Source: Caecitellus pseudoparvulus
Taxonomy: Eukaryota; Protista; Bigyra: Bicosoecida
NCBI GenBank assembly: GCA_965644315.1
Contig: CBFFRQ010000031.1
Coordinates: 558,001 to 622,000, forward strand
DNA: 64,000 bases
Direction: 5' to 3'
The notes under the pieces are model-generated. The model saw only the letters and a list, made by a program, of their open reading frames with translations, was not told the DNA's origin and did no database searches. The position numbers were made by a program, and so were the translations under genes. Each line of letters begins with the position of its first letter. Positions within the stretch are counted from its first letter, which is position 1. Below are positions 22,872-34,800 of this stretch, piece by piece.

Positions 22872-25800
22872 TTAGCTGGCAGCAGCGCCACCACCAACGT
22901 GCACAACTTTTGACGCTTCAACAGCATCTTGTGCTTTCTTTTGTTCCAGCAAGGCCTTGGATCGGCTAAGCCACTCTTCAGCATCTCTGACCCACGACGC
23001 TGAGGCCAAGTCTGCCTTGTCAGCAAACTGCGCGTGACTCTCCGCCTGGAGGCGCTGGTGACGGACAGTTGCTTCAACAACTTCACCCGACAGACGTTGG
23101 CGGACACTCTCGGTGAATGCAGCCATCCCAGTCGCCGAAGTTCGCGCTGCAATCACCTCACGCACTGGCTGCTCAAGTCGGCGAATGTCTTCTCTGACGG
23201 CCGACAGCTGAGGTGCAAAGCGCTCTTGAATGGACTGACGCTCATGGCTTGATTCCACCCCTGTTAAAGCAGCCTTCATGTCCTCCTCTAGAGCCTGGCG
23301 ACGCTGCCGGGCATCTGCAGAGGCATCTAGGGCCAGTGCTTCCTGTGTCGCTACCCACGCAGCGACTTCCCGCTGAGCCTGGTCTCCTGCAGAGGCGAGA
23401 GTCTTCTTCTTTGTAAGCAGTTTCCGTCGATGCGCTTCATCTTGCTTCTTGAGTTCTTCCTCTAGGCCAGTCGAAGCAGCATTTCTTGCTGCCCACACGT
23501 CTGCCACGGCAGCTGCAAGCTCCTCACCCTTCTGCCTGTGACTCGCTGAGAAGTACCAGTCATCTTCGGGGCGAAACTTCGCTACCATCTTCTGGACCTC
23601 TGCCACAGTGGCTTGAATAGCTTCTTGCCTTCGCTTCATGATTGTGTGCTTCATCGCAAACAGCCACTTCTGAGCGATGGCGGCCGAAGCCGGGCTCAGC
23701 GTGACAAGCGGGAGTTCTTCTGTCCCCTTGGCCTTGTCAGGCCGAGCCTCTGCAGGGGTGCTTGAGCCTTCTGGAGCTCCGTGCAGCTCAGCCTTCCTCC
23801 TCTTCACCGCTGCTTCTGTGCGCTTCCGCCTTAGTTCGGCCATTCTTGCAGCGTACACAGCCATTTCGTGCTCTGCTTCGGGGCGCGGGAAAGTACCGCC
23901 CAACTTCTTTCTCGCAGCCGCAAGCCATTTTGACATGATTGAGCCAACAACCCCTTGCCGATTGACACTGACAGGCTCAAAAGCTACGTCTGTTACTTCA
24001 TCTTCGCTGTCATTTGCTGCTTGCTGTGCGGCCACCCGCTCCTGTGCGATCGCCCCGTACAAGTTCTGTCTGCGTCGCTTTTCTTTTTCTTTCACGGCCT
24101 CCTTCTCGCACAAGTTACACTGCATGACAAACTCTGCATGTGAGCGCACGAATGCTTTCCATGCGTCGACTTCCAGAGCATCTTCATCCATCTGCTGGGC
24201 TGCTTCAAAGGCGGCAATAAGTTTGTCAATTGCCATGGAATCCACCACTCCGGCCACGCCCAACTTGACCTTCAGCTGCACTTGCTCGCTTTGAACTCTG
24301 CCGCAAGAATCGCACACTGATCGCTTGGAAGCCTCCATGATGTCTGTGATGGCCTTTGAGTACACGAGGCGTCGGCGGGCTTGCTGCAGCCACCACCGCG
24401 CCAGGCTTACGCCAGCTTCCGGCAGGGGGTTCTCCTTCAATGCTGCGATCCAGTCCGGGTTGAGGTCGGCGGCATCTCCAGCATCCGCTCCTTCTGCACC
24501 AGCGGCAGCAGCCCTAGCCCTTTCCAAGTCAGAGTCTGCTCCCATTTCCTCCAGTTTTCCATACAGCTCGCGCACCGTCGTGGAGTACTGCTTCCCATCC
24601 TTATCCACACTGTCCAGCACACGTGGGGTCAGCAGCTCTGCCAGATGTGCAACAATCCAAGGCCGGTTTCTGTCCAGAAACTTCTGCCTGAAACGCTCAG
24701 AGTTCATGGCCATCATCTCCTGGCGATCGGCCTCAGCCCCTTTGCTCTCCCCACCTCCCAGTGCCAGCCGAAGTGCTTCGTCGTCGTCCGTGTCTACTTC
24801 AAACCTTGTCCGGCGCCACAGGCCAAGGAAGTTCCCCACCCTCGCTGAAACTCGCATTGCTATGTAGCCAAGGCCCCACGTAAAGAGCAATATCACCCCG
24901 AAGAGGACATCGGAGAACATGTTGTAGCTCTGGCGAAGGTGGATCGTCGCTCCGAGCAGCAGCAGCAGCAGCCCCCACGCATAGCCCGCGGCCATGAAGT
25001 AGAACTGCGAGCTGAAACACAGCTTATCAGCCAGCTGCAGCTTGGGAGAGATGCTGGCGTCTAGGCGCCTGCTGTTCATGATCCAACGCCGATCGCGCGT
25101 GGCGAAGCGCCAGTTGTGGTAGGACATGTACTCGAACAGCTTCCACCCATGGGCAAGCTCTTGGACGTTAAGCAAAATAACATCAAGGGAGAGCTGAAAT
25201 GGAATGATGATCAGTGCAAACATGGTGTAGAATACTAGGTCCATGGGGCGGATGCTGAAGTTCCTCGGAATCTGGGTGACCCTGAAGCGGTGCAGCGGCG
25301 TTGCGTCACTGGCGAGCAAGAACAACTGGACAAACGGCGTCATCATGAGCGCAATAGTCTCATTCGAATGAACAAGCAGCGCATCAATCATGGGCTCCAG
25401 GCCTTCAGTCTCCATCAGGACCGCAGCTTCTATGTTGCGCGCTTCAGCTTCTTCCGCATCCCGCTGGTCCTTCGTCAGTTTCCGGTTTGTTCTGCACCTG
25501 GCTTTGCACTGGTGCCAGTACAGTGGCAGGAAGGTAACAAGGCGCTTGACTCCAGGGTCAAAGTAGATGCGCTCCACCATCATGGACAGAACCTCGACAA
25601 GGAACGCACTTACGAAGCCAGTGAATGTGTCTGCTCCCATGGTGACCAGGATCTCGACAACCTGCAGCTCCACGATCAACGGAGACGCCAGGAGAGAATC
25701 CTGGACAATTGTCAGGAGAGACAGCTCCACAAACACTTGCATGAACTTGTAAATGAGGATGATGATGTACTGATTCTCTGCAAAGATGTCTGAGTAGGCA

Positions 25801-28800
25801 AACTCAAGCAAGAGCAGCAAGACGACTTGCTCCAGCAAGGATGCCAAGAAGAAGCTGGCTCGCTTCCACTCCAGTGGCCGGTAGAACACGGGCCCTTCGT
25901 CCTCTTTGGCTTCGCTCTGGCGTTCCTTCGCTCGCTGCTCATCAGCTTCATCATCTGGCATGTCCTCCTGGACAGTCATCGGCTGGTTGAAATCGCTGTT
26001 CATAGCATTGTCCTTCTCGTACAGCTTCGCATTTTCGTGTGGCACATATGCATGGGTTCCAACCGTTACCATAAACAGCCCAAGCAAGATAAACGCTGAG
26101 CCAATGCGTCCCATTGCATACTTATCGATTCTGTCAAGAGTGAGCCCCGCAGTGTCCAGCCAGTCCCCGCTCACTCCCTCGAAGTTGTGTGTTGCAGGGA
26201 AGTTCTCCGGGTCGCTGGAACCAGTGAAGAGGAACCAAGCCATTGTCAAACCTATGGCAAACACCACTGGGGTGGTGGCGATGATCACCCCAGCCACGGG
26301 CGCAGGGGCGCTCATGCGCATGATTCCTTTGTATCGGAAAGGTGGTGGATACCTGACTGTTGTTGCCAGGCGGTGGGCTGCAAAGACGGCCAAGCCGATG
26401 ATATTGATAAAGCCGCCAACCATCACAAACAAGACAAAGTAGACACCAAACTGAAACTCGAAAAGGTTCAAGAGCGACAACCAGTCGAGTGGATCGTACT
26501 TGACCACCAGAGTGTAGTTGTAGTCGCCTGCCTGGCATGGCGGGTACCCCCGGCTGGCGAAGTATTCAATGTCTTTCGGAACCCTTGATGTCGTGCAACG
26601 GTCTGCAAAATCAATGCTTGACCGGACAATTCGCTTGCCCCCCTGGGAGAACTGGAAGAACTCAATCGTCAGGTCCACCCTCCTTGGCACCAGGGTCTCT
26701 TCAAACGGCGTCAGCACGGTCACTGGAATTTGCAGGTCAGAGTCAAGCACTGCCTCCAGCACTTGGCTTCTACCCCAGCCGGTGCCCTGGTCAGTGTCAG
26801 CGACGAAATCTCCCGCGGAAATGGGCTCTTTGGTCAGGTAGAACAAGGTATCTCCCTCCTCCAGCTCGAACCACCTTGTGGCCGTTGTGGGACTGAAGAC
26901 TTCTTCTTCGAAAGCACAGTACAACGGCACGCCGGGGGGCCCCTTACCGTCGTTATCGTACATGACCCCGTCTACTTCCACGGGGCGGAAGTTCGTCTCG
27001 ATGCACGAGTCCGCTGTCGCGGATAGCTGCAGCTGCCACGGCCATTCGGCTACGAACTTCGTCTCCTCGTACGGTACAATGGTGCACGCGGGGTGGTCTT
27101 CCAGCAACTTGCTCAGAATGACATGTGAGTCATAGCCGTGACAGTTTGAAAAGAAAGGAAGGTACGGGAGGCCCAGAAATGAAATGTCGTCGTCCGCAAC
27201 CGTGGTCCACCAGGTGGAGTCCGCCTCTGCGAGGGACGGTGGGTCGCGGAGCAAGTCCACGTTCGGGATAGGTCGCAGAGGAATGGGAGTGTAGGGACCA
27301 AATGCTGCAGAGGATTGAGCTGCCTGCATCCGCCTCCTGTATCGTAAGTTTGCAGGCTTCTTGTCTGCAGCAAGGTTTTCTGGCACTTCATGGTGCACGA
27401 GCCTCCTTTGACCGCTGTCTGGTTTGAGGGTCGAACCATACAGCCACTCTTGCTGGCTTCGCTCGAACAAACGTGCCAGGTATCGACTGTCACTTATTCT
27501 TGGGTCAGCTGGACGGTCAATGAGTATGGCATCCTCCAGCACCTCCTCTTCACCGCTGGTTGTCCCGATCACACGCTGTCGTGTGGATGGCAGGTTCATC
27601 GGCATAGCACGTTTGTCAAAGTCTGCCTTGACCAGCAGAGCCATGAAGGCCTTGCAGTTCCCACTCTCCCCCTTTGTGTAGCTGGCCCTTCCAGGTGTGT
27701 GAACTTTCAGGGCACCAATCCCGAGAAAGCCTTCATCATAGTCCTGGTAGTACAGGCCATGCATGAGCTCAAGGGTGACCAAAAGGTTGACATCTTGCAG
27801 CGCAGTAATTTGGACTTGGACGATTGTATGCTTGTTGTCAAAGAAGGGAGGTTGGGCAACATTGGTGTCGAGCCAGTACGTGTTGGCATGGGGCTGGCAC
27901 AAGCAGCACTCCTCGCACAGTGCGCCGTGACTTGCTTGCTGCTGCAAGTCAGGATAACTGCAAGTCGGAGGATTGTCAACAAGGCTGCACTTGTACCGGG
28001 GCGGACAGGGCTCACAATCTACGTATGTCGACAGTCTGTAGTGGTCGTTGAAGGTGAAGTTTGTGCTGAGGCCGGTCAGGTTCAAGGACAGAGTTGCCAC
28101 CTGCAAAGCTTTGAGCTGAACCTTGCCCAGACCAACGACCGGATTGAACAACTCTGTGAGTTGCATGAGCTCCGTCGAGTTCACTAGGACTTCCTCATCG
28201 TTTGGGACGGGAGTAAGCCTCCTGAGAGACTCGTCTCCTTCCCGAACACAGTCGCTGATGCTACTTGCGCCAATGCTCGACGAGGTTCCGTTGGGGCACC
28301 GCAGTGCTGACTCACATGCACACATATCAGCCCTCAAGATTGTGCCATCTTCGGCGTCTAGATTGATGAAACTCAAGGTTTTGTTCCCGAGAAACAGTCG
28401 GTCATCGTCGCCGAGGTCTGGTCGGGCCAAGACCCTCGTTTCATCCAACAGGTCCATGGCGTACTTCAAGTCGTAGATGAGCGGATCCACTTTGGCATGT
28501 TGGTTTCCTCGGAGCTTTTGCAGAGCCGTTTGCTCTACTTCTTCCAACCACTGTTCCTCTACGTACTCCTTTGCTTCTGCCCAAGAGCAGAAGTGGATGC
28601 AGGGTTCTGTGATGTCAAGCACGTCACCCCTTGCAATGCAGTCCCGACTCACATCCTCACATTCCCGAAAGTATGCCGGGGCAAGGGTCGGAGGTGGCAG
28701 AGGCACAGTGTAGCGTAGCCGTCCATGGGGCTCCCCCGCGTACTCTGGTGGATATGCTGGAGGCGGTCTCCGTTCGTTCCTCCACGGGCGAGTTTCCCCC

Positions 28801-31800
28801 GGGTGGGCGTTCCGGAACTCGAGCGTTGCTGTGACTCCAGTAGCAGGCCCGCTGGAGACAACATCAAATCCACAACTCCCGAACTCGTTGTCCTCTGTGC
28901 AAGACCACATGCGGAAGACTTCATGCAGCAGTTTGACTTGCCTGGAGCAGTCGCACTCCTGGCGGCTCACAGCTTCGACGTTGCTTCTCCACTTGTGATC
29001 ACGGCCACACAGCAGATTATTCTCTACCGTCACGTACAGGTCATACGGGCGTCCTTGATCATCAAGCATCTGGCGTTTCTTCCCAGCCAAGCTGGGATCG
29101 ATGCCCTTGAAGCAGCGTTCGTCATGGAGGGAGATGGGCCTCGCTGACAGCTCGCCTGGAAGCGTCTTTACCTCCACTATGCTTGCGAAAGGATCGAGAG
29201 CTTCTCTGGGCACCTTCCGGGCATAGCCATCACCTGCAATCAGCCCAAGGGTGGGGTCGTGCGTTCCGGTTGGGCAGAAGAACCCTGCTGGGCATCGGTT
29301 GTTGAACTGTCTGGACTGACCGGTCCCTTGCAAGCAGTAGTACCCTGCCGGGCACAATGCGTTAAACTGCCCCGCCGGAGACTGTAGGTCAAAGTCTGGG
29401 GTTGTACCAAAGTTGCAAACATAGCCACCACCGCAAGGGACGTCCAAGGCGGTAAGGGCCGTCGTTCCGCTGTCACACACAAACCCTTCCTCGCAAGGTT
29501 CAGCCTGGGGCCTTGTGTAGTAGTTGCAGATTTGCTCAGCTTCGCAGTTGCCTGAGTAGTACACTTCGCGCTGAGTGTCATCATCATACAACCAGAAGCC
29601 AACCGTACAGTTATTTCCTGGCTCGAAGCGGTTTGCGAACGGAAGATCTACATGCAGTGATCCAAAGTTAAAGTAGCCTCCGTACTGCCCACTGGAGTAG
29701 CCTTGATGCTTTTCACCTCGTGTAATTTCAAACAGTGGTCCGTGAAAGTCTTGATATCGCTGGAACAAGACGCTCCCCAGAGGGCTCTCGTTCGTGTAGC
29801 ACTTTGCCTGTGGATCAGCTTTGGCACTCTCCGAACCGTTCAGCACTCCGCCTTGGCCCCTGGAGTCAATTGGCTCTTCCAAAACACCGAAAAAGTACCC
29901 ATCACCCAGCGCTTCGCAGTCATACCGATTTAACTGCTCCTCCTCGGCAAGTGGGACGTATGGCAATGGCAAGTCGGAGACTCCACATGGATGGGTTGTC
30001 CCATCACGAGGGCAAACCACCCCTGGAGGGCATGTCGTGCACTGCCGCTCCATTCTCAGCTCCCACTGTTTGCTCCAAGTGCCCTGCGGACACCCCTTAC
30101 AGACGATTCCATCTTGGTCATCAAGTGATCTGAAAGACCCTGGCGGGCAAAGCACTGCATCTTCCGTGCCGTCGTTTTCACAGTTTGTGCCAGGCGGGCA
30201 CGGCACACAAGTTTCCGATTCGATTGTTGGCGAGTAGAAGCCCTGTGGACACCTCGCCGGGGCTTGGACTCCTTCCAGCTCAGCAAAAGCGCCCTTAGGG
30301 GTCGGGATGGGCACTGCAGTTCCCACGGGACAATAGAATCCCTTGGGGCACAGGCCACTACCGAGGGGCGTTGGGCTCGCAGCCTCACAGAAGAACCCTG
30401 CAGTGCAGTTTTGGGCATGCAGGGGGCTGCCAGGGACCACTGTATCGTATCCTGTGCCTGCAATACAGTACGTGCCGGGCTTGCATGGGTATGGCCGCAG
30501 CGTTGTGTCGTTGCGGAAGGGGTCTGACGTGCGGGTGCCGTTGTTGCAGTAGTACCCGGCGGGGCAGAGGATATTTGGAGATGCAAGCCCAGGCTTGGAG
30601 CACACATACCCAACTGGACAAATGGCAGGCCTGGATCGACCGAATCCAGGGCAGATATATCCCTCAGGGCATGGGTTGCACCTTGTTTGGGCAAGTTGGC
30701 CGTTAAATTCGCCGGGTTGGCAAGGCCGTGGGTCAGTCATGCCGGGCGCCGGGCAGAAGGTGCCCACAGGGCAATGCACTCGCACTCCGCTCCTAGAGAA
30801 GAAACCAGGCGCCACCTTTCCAAACCCCTGGGGTGAGGCGGATCCTTCCGGACAGTAGGAGCCCCGGAAGCACGTTTGGGCGCTGGTGAAGTTGTCTGGC
30901 TGCACCGCAGGTGAGGCGGTGCCCACATGGCAATAAGTGCCGCTGGGGCAGGGAATCGGCCGTCTCAGACTAAACTCTGTCGATGTGTAATCAAAGAATG
31001 CGTCTGATACGGACATGCTTTCTTCGTCTCCAATCCTCATGCACGTGTCATCGAGGCAAAACTGGCCACGCAGCGGCGTCATCGCAGCGTCCGGAGCCAG
31101 CGGCAAGCGGTGGGCTTCCGACCAAAAGCGAGCTGGGAACTTGCTAGACTGCAAGCCGAAGTCAGAAGTGCTGTTGTCAAAGCAAGCAGAGTGCCGTGCT
31201 CCCAGTCCCAGAGCTTGTGCAGAAGCTGGTCTGCCCAGCCTCAAGGTGGAGGCCATTTCAGCGTGGGCCATCGCCGGAACCAGCCGAGAAGACAGGGCAC
31301 CCACATCTCCGCAAGTCGTGGCAGAAGTAGCTGTGCCTTCAGGACAAAAGTGACCCTGAGGACAAGGCTGCTCTGCTCGCTCAAGCCCCGTGACCTCGCA
31401 GACGAAACCAGCGGGGCAAATTCTCGGAACGACCATCCCTCGCTCAGGGCAAAAGTACCCAACGGGGCACCTGTAGCATTCGCTTGCAGCAATCTCAGCC
31501 TGGTACGTTCCTTTTGGACAAAGTGTGAAGTTAGAGTTGCCTGTTCCAGCGCAAAACGTTCCTCGAGGGCACTGAAACGTGTCATCCGCATATGCAGTGG
31601 GGCAGAAGTGACCAGAGGGACAGGGCTCCCTGACTTCAAAGACCCCACGGGAAAACGTAAAATCAAGGCCATTGTTGGAGATTTCGACCAGTGCATGATG
31701 GGGCTGGTCTGTAGTGATCCGTGCTGCATGCCCCCAATCCCAACCGGGCTCCTTGAACTGTCCGTGGCGCAGAGTCCCTTCCTCCGGCTTGTGGAAGGCC

Positions 31801-34800
31801 CTTCGCGCTGAAAAACACAGAATGAGGGACGACGAAACAAACACCGCACTGGATGAGTGATCGCCTATTCGGCAAGAGAGGCTCGTGGTGTTCAGGAAGT
31901 TTCTTCCCTTTATGAAAACTGGCACGCTTACCGACTCACGGGTTGAGCGCGGTGCAACTGTGTGCACCTCAGCATCGGCGGCGTGCAAGAACTTCAGCCC
32001 GCTGGCTGTCCACTCCTGCAAATTGTTCGTTACCTCTACGCTGGAGAGTTTTGAGAGGTACCAGGGATAGTGATGGGCGCCTGGGAACAGCCGCAGTGAA
32101 CCATGTCGGGGATCTGGGAGGGCTGTCTGGTGCCACTGCAGACTCTGCCACAGCATGGTACTCTTTTCTATGCTAGGGGCATGGCACACCACCTCCTCGG
32201 GGCTCATGAAAGTTGCAGGAGATATGGCGGAGTCGAACCTGCAACTCAGCAACGATGTGTTCACGAACCCTTGCCCAAATATGGACACCGCGGATCCCGC
32301 GGTCACAGCAGGGCCAAAGACTGGGTCCAAATGAGACAGTTGCTCCGGTGGGTAGAATAGGAAAGGCTTGCTGTGCCTCGTGAAGTCTTTTCCGTTTCCG
32401 GACACTTCCAATATCCAGAATCCTGGTTGATGCGGCGGTGTTTCGCAAGACAGAAGGCTGTCGTCTATCCACCGAGCAGGTACGCTTTTATTCCCAAATC
32501 TGCATGCGAGCTCATCAGTGGGGGGGAAGTTCGCACCTTTGACCACGATAGTATGTCCACCAGTAGACCAGCTTTGAGGTGGCGTGAGTTCAGCAATTTC
32601 CAGCTCAGGATAGTACGTGAAAAGGATGTCGCGTGAGCTCACGCTTGTGTCCAGCATTCCGCCCCCCACGCCGGGATCATGCAGCGACACTGTGACAGCC
32701 GCTTCTCCAGGAGTGGAGCTTGCAGGAGTCAAGCAGAGCAAATGGGTGGAGTTGTAGACTTCACTTGCTTCTACAACACCAAGAAGGCCGCCGTCTTTCA
32801 AGAAGGAACAGAAGCAGGGCCGACCGCGCTCGAAGCCGGAACCTGTCACCAGCACTGGTGTGCCACCTCTCAAGGACCCATGGTGAGGTGAAAGGCGTTT
32901 GACCCACACGGGATGAGAGTATTCAAAGGAGAGCCACTGAGGGGAGAAGTTTTGCCCGTTCATGCTGACTCTGACCTGTGCATGTTGAGACTGCGTGCTG
33001 GGTGGCATCCAGGTGGCCTTTAGCTCAGACACACTTCGCTGTCCAAAAGCAAAGAGACTAGGCTTGGACGGCACCTCAAACGAGAGCGGGAAGGTAATCT
33101 CCCATGATAGAGTGCAGTTGGCTTCCTGTCCCTCAGGCGCGTTGCAGGACATGGCCCGTGAGACAGCGAAGGACTCAAACTCCGTGTCCAGACCTGCAGC
33201 GGCATTTAGTCGCTCTTGCAAGAGTTGAGGGGGTAAAAGGACTGGGACTCCCTCAATTTGCACAGGCAAAGGACATGGCACCCTTTGAGGCAGCCTGGAT
33301 CGCCGACTCACTGGGCCGAGGGCCTTCTCAGCTGGGCAACCAGGGTACACGTGGAATGACAGGTTATGCTGGCCAGCCTCCTCGCTGACCGGCATCCACG
33401 TGCCTGTTGGCGCACGGACCTCTTGCTGCAGAACCAACGAGCTATTCAAGTGGATGCTGAACTTGTACACGGTACGCTTCCGGGGAATGGGCGGGGAGGT
33501 ACAGCTCATTAGCGTCTCCGAGTGCACAACTGCGGGCACCTCCTGACTGGCACCTCCTGCGTCAAACTGGCACATTGGCTTGAAGGAGCCTGTTTTAAAG
33601 CCCCGGCCTTGAATATTTATCAGCGTTTTCCCACCCATCGGGCCACTGCTTGGGGAAAGCGAGAGCATCGCCAGTGGGTCTTCATACTCGAACGGTAGCG
33701 CGTTCAGGGACGTGCCCGCGGCAGAGCCGCGGACCCTCGCAAACACAGTGCTGGGAGCCCCAGCCTGTGGGGTGGAGAAGAGAATAGTTTGTTCGGCCTC
33801 TGTGCTAATATCTTTTGACGACGCTGCCACGAGCCCCAAGGGTTGCACAGGAACTCCGTCCAGCTCTACGTGCACTTCCTCAAAAGCCACACCTAGCAAG
33901 CCCGTCACAGAGAAGCGATACATGGTCGTCGGTGGCGACCCCACCTGCATGAACATGTTTGGCAGATCTGCAGGCAGGTCATCATGCATCACGATCCCCG
34001 CTCTTGAGAAGAAAGCTCCTGTGATGGCAACCAGGGTGCCTCCAGACACTGGCCCAGAAGGTGGAGACAGGGAGGCCGGCTCTGCAGCAGGGAACACGTG
34101 AAGCTGCAGTGTGTGCTTCGTCGGGACTCCTTGAGAGCCACCTGCCGAGATTCTCAGCTGCGTTTCTCCAAGTGGTTGTGGTGGTACGCGACATGTGAGG
34201 GCCTTGTCAGCCAGGTCGAAGCCCACTGCCGGTTGCACTTGCCGGCCAACATGGCACGCCCAGTCTGCATGCTCAAGCAGTTCCCATGAATCTGCTTCCC
34301 CATCAAGCTCTATGAAGACACGAACATCAACCTGTCGGTCGTGAGGCAGTACTCGCGGCTCTGCCCTCTTCAATGTGATGGCTGGCAGAAACAACAGTTG
34401 TTCTGCGCGGAAGTTGTGCGCTTGTGACCGGCACGGTGCATGGGTCTGCGCTGAGTCTCCACATGCACTTCCCGACTGGCCGTTGTTAGATACTGTCACC
34501 GAAAGCAGTCTTGTTGGCAGCGCCTTCTTGACGGTGGTGCTGATGTGTAGCATTTGGCTGTCTCCAAGCCCCTGCACGCTCAGGGTCGCTGGAGGGGAGC
34601 ATGCCAGCTTTATCCTTGATGGCAGGTACGCAAACTGAATGTGAAAACTCTTCACTGGAAAGAGAACTGTCTCGACATGGACCAGTGTTGTCTCATTGCC
34701 AGATATGCGTGAGACTTGTGTGGTGAGGGACGAGTCCCCCTCCTGCACTCTCAACGCTGAAGTGCAGTCAGCTAAGCACACACGGAAAGTGGAGTTCTCG

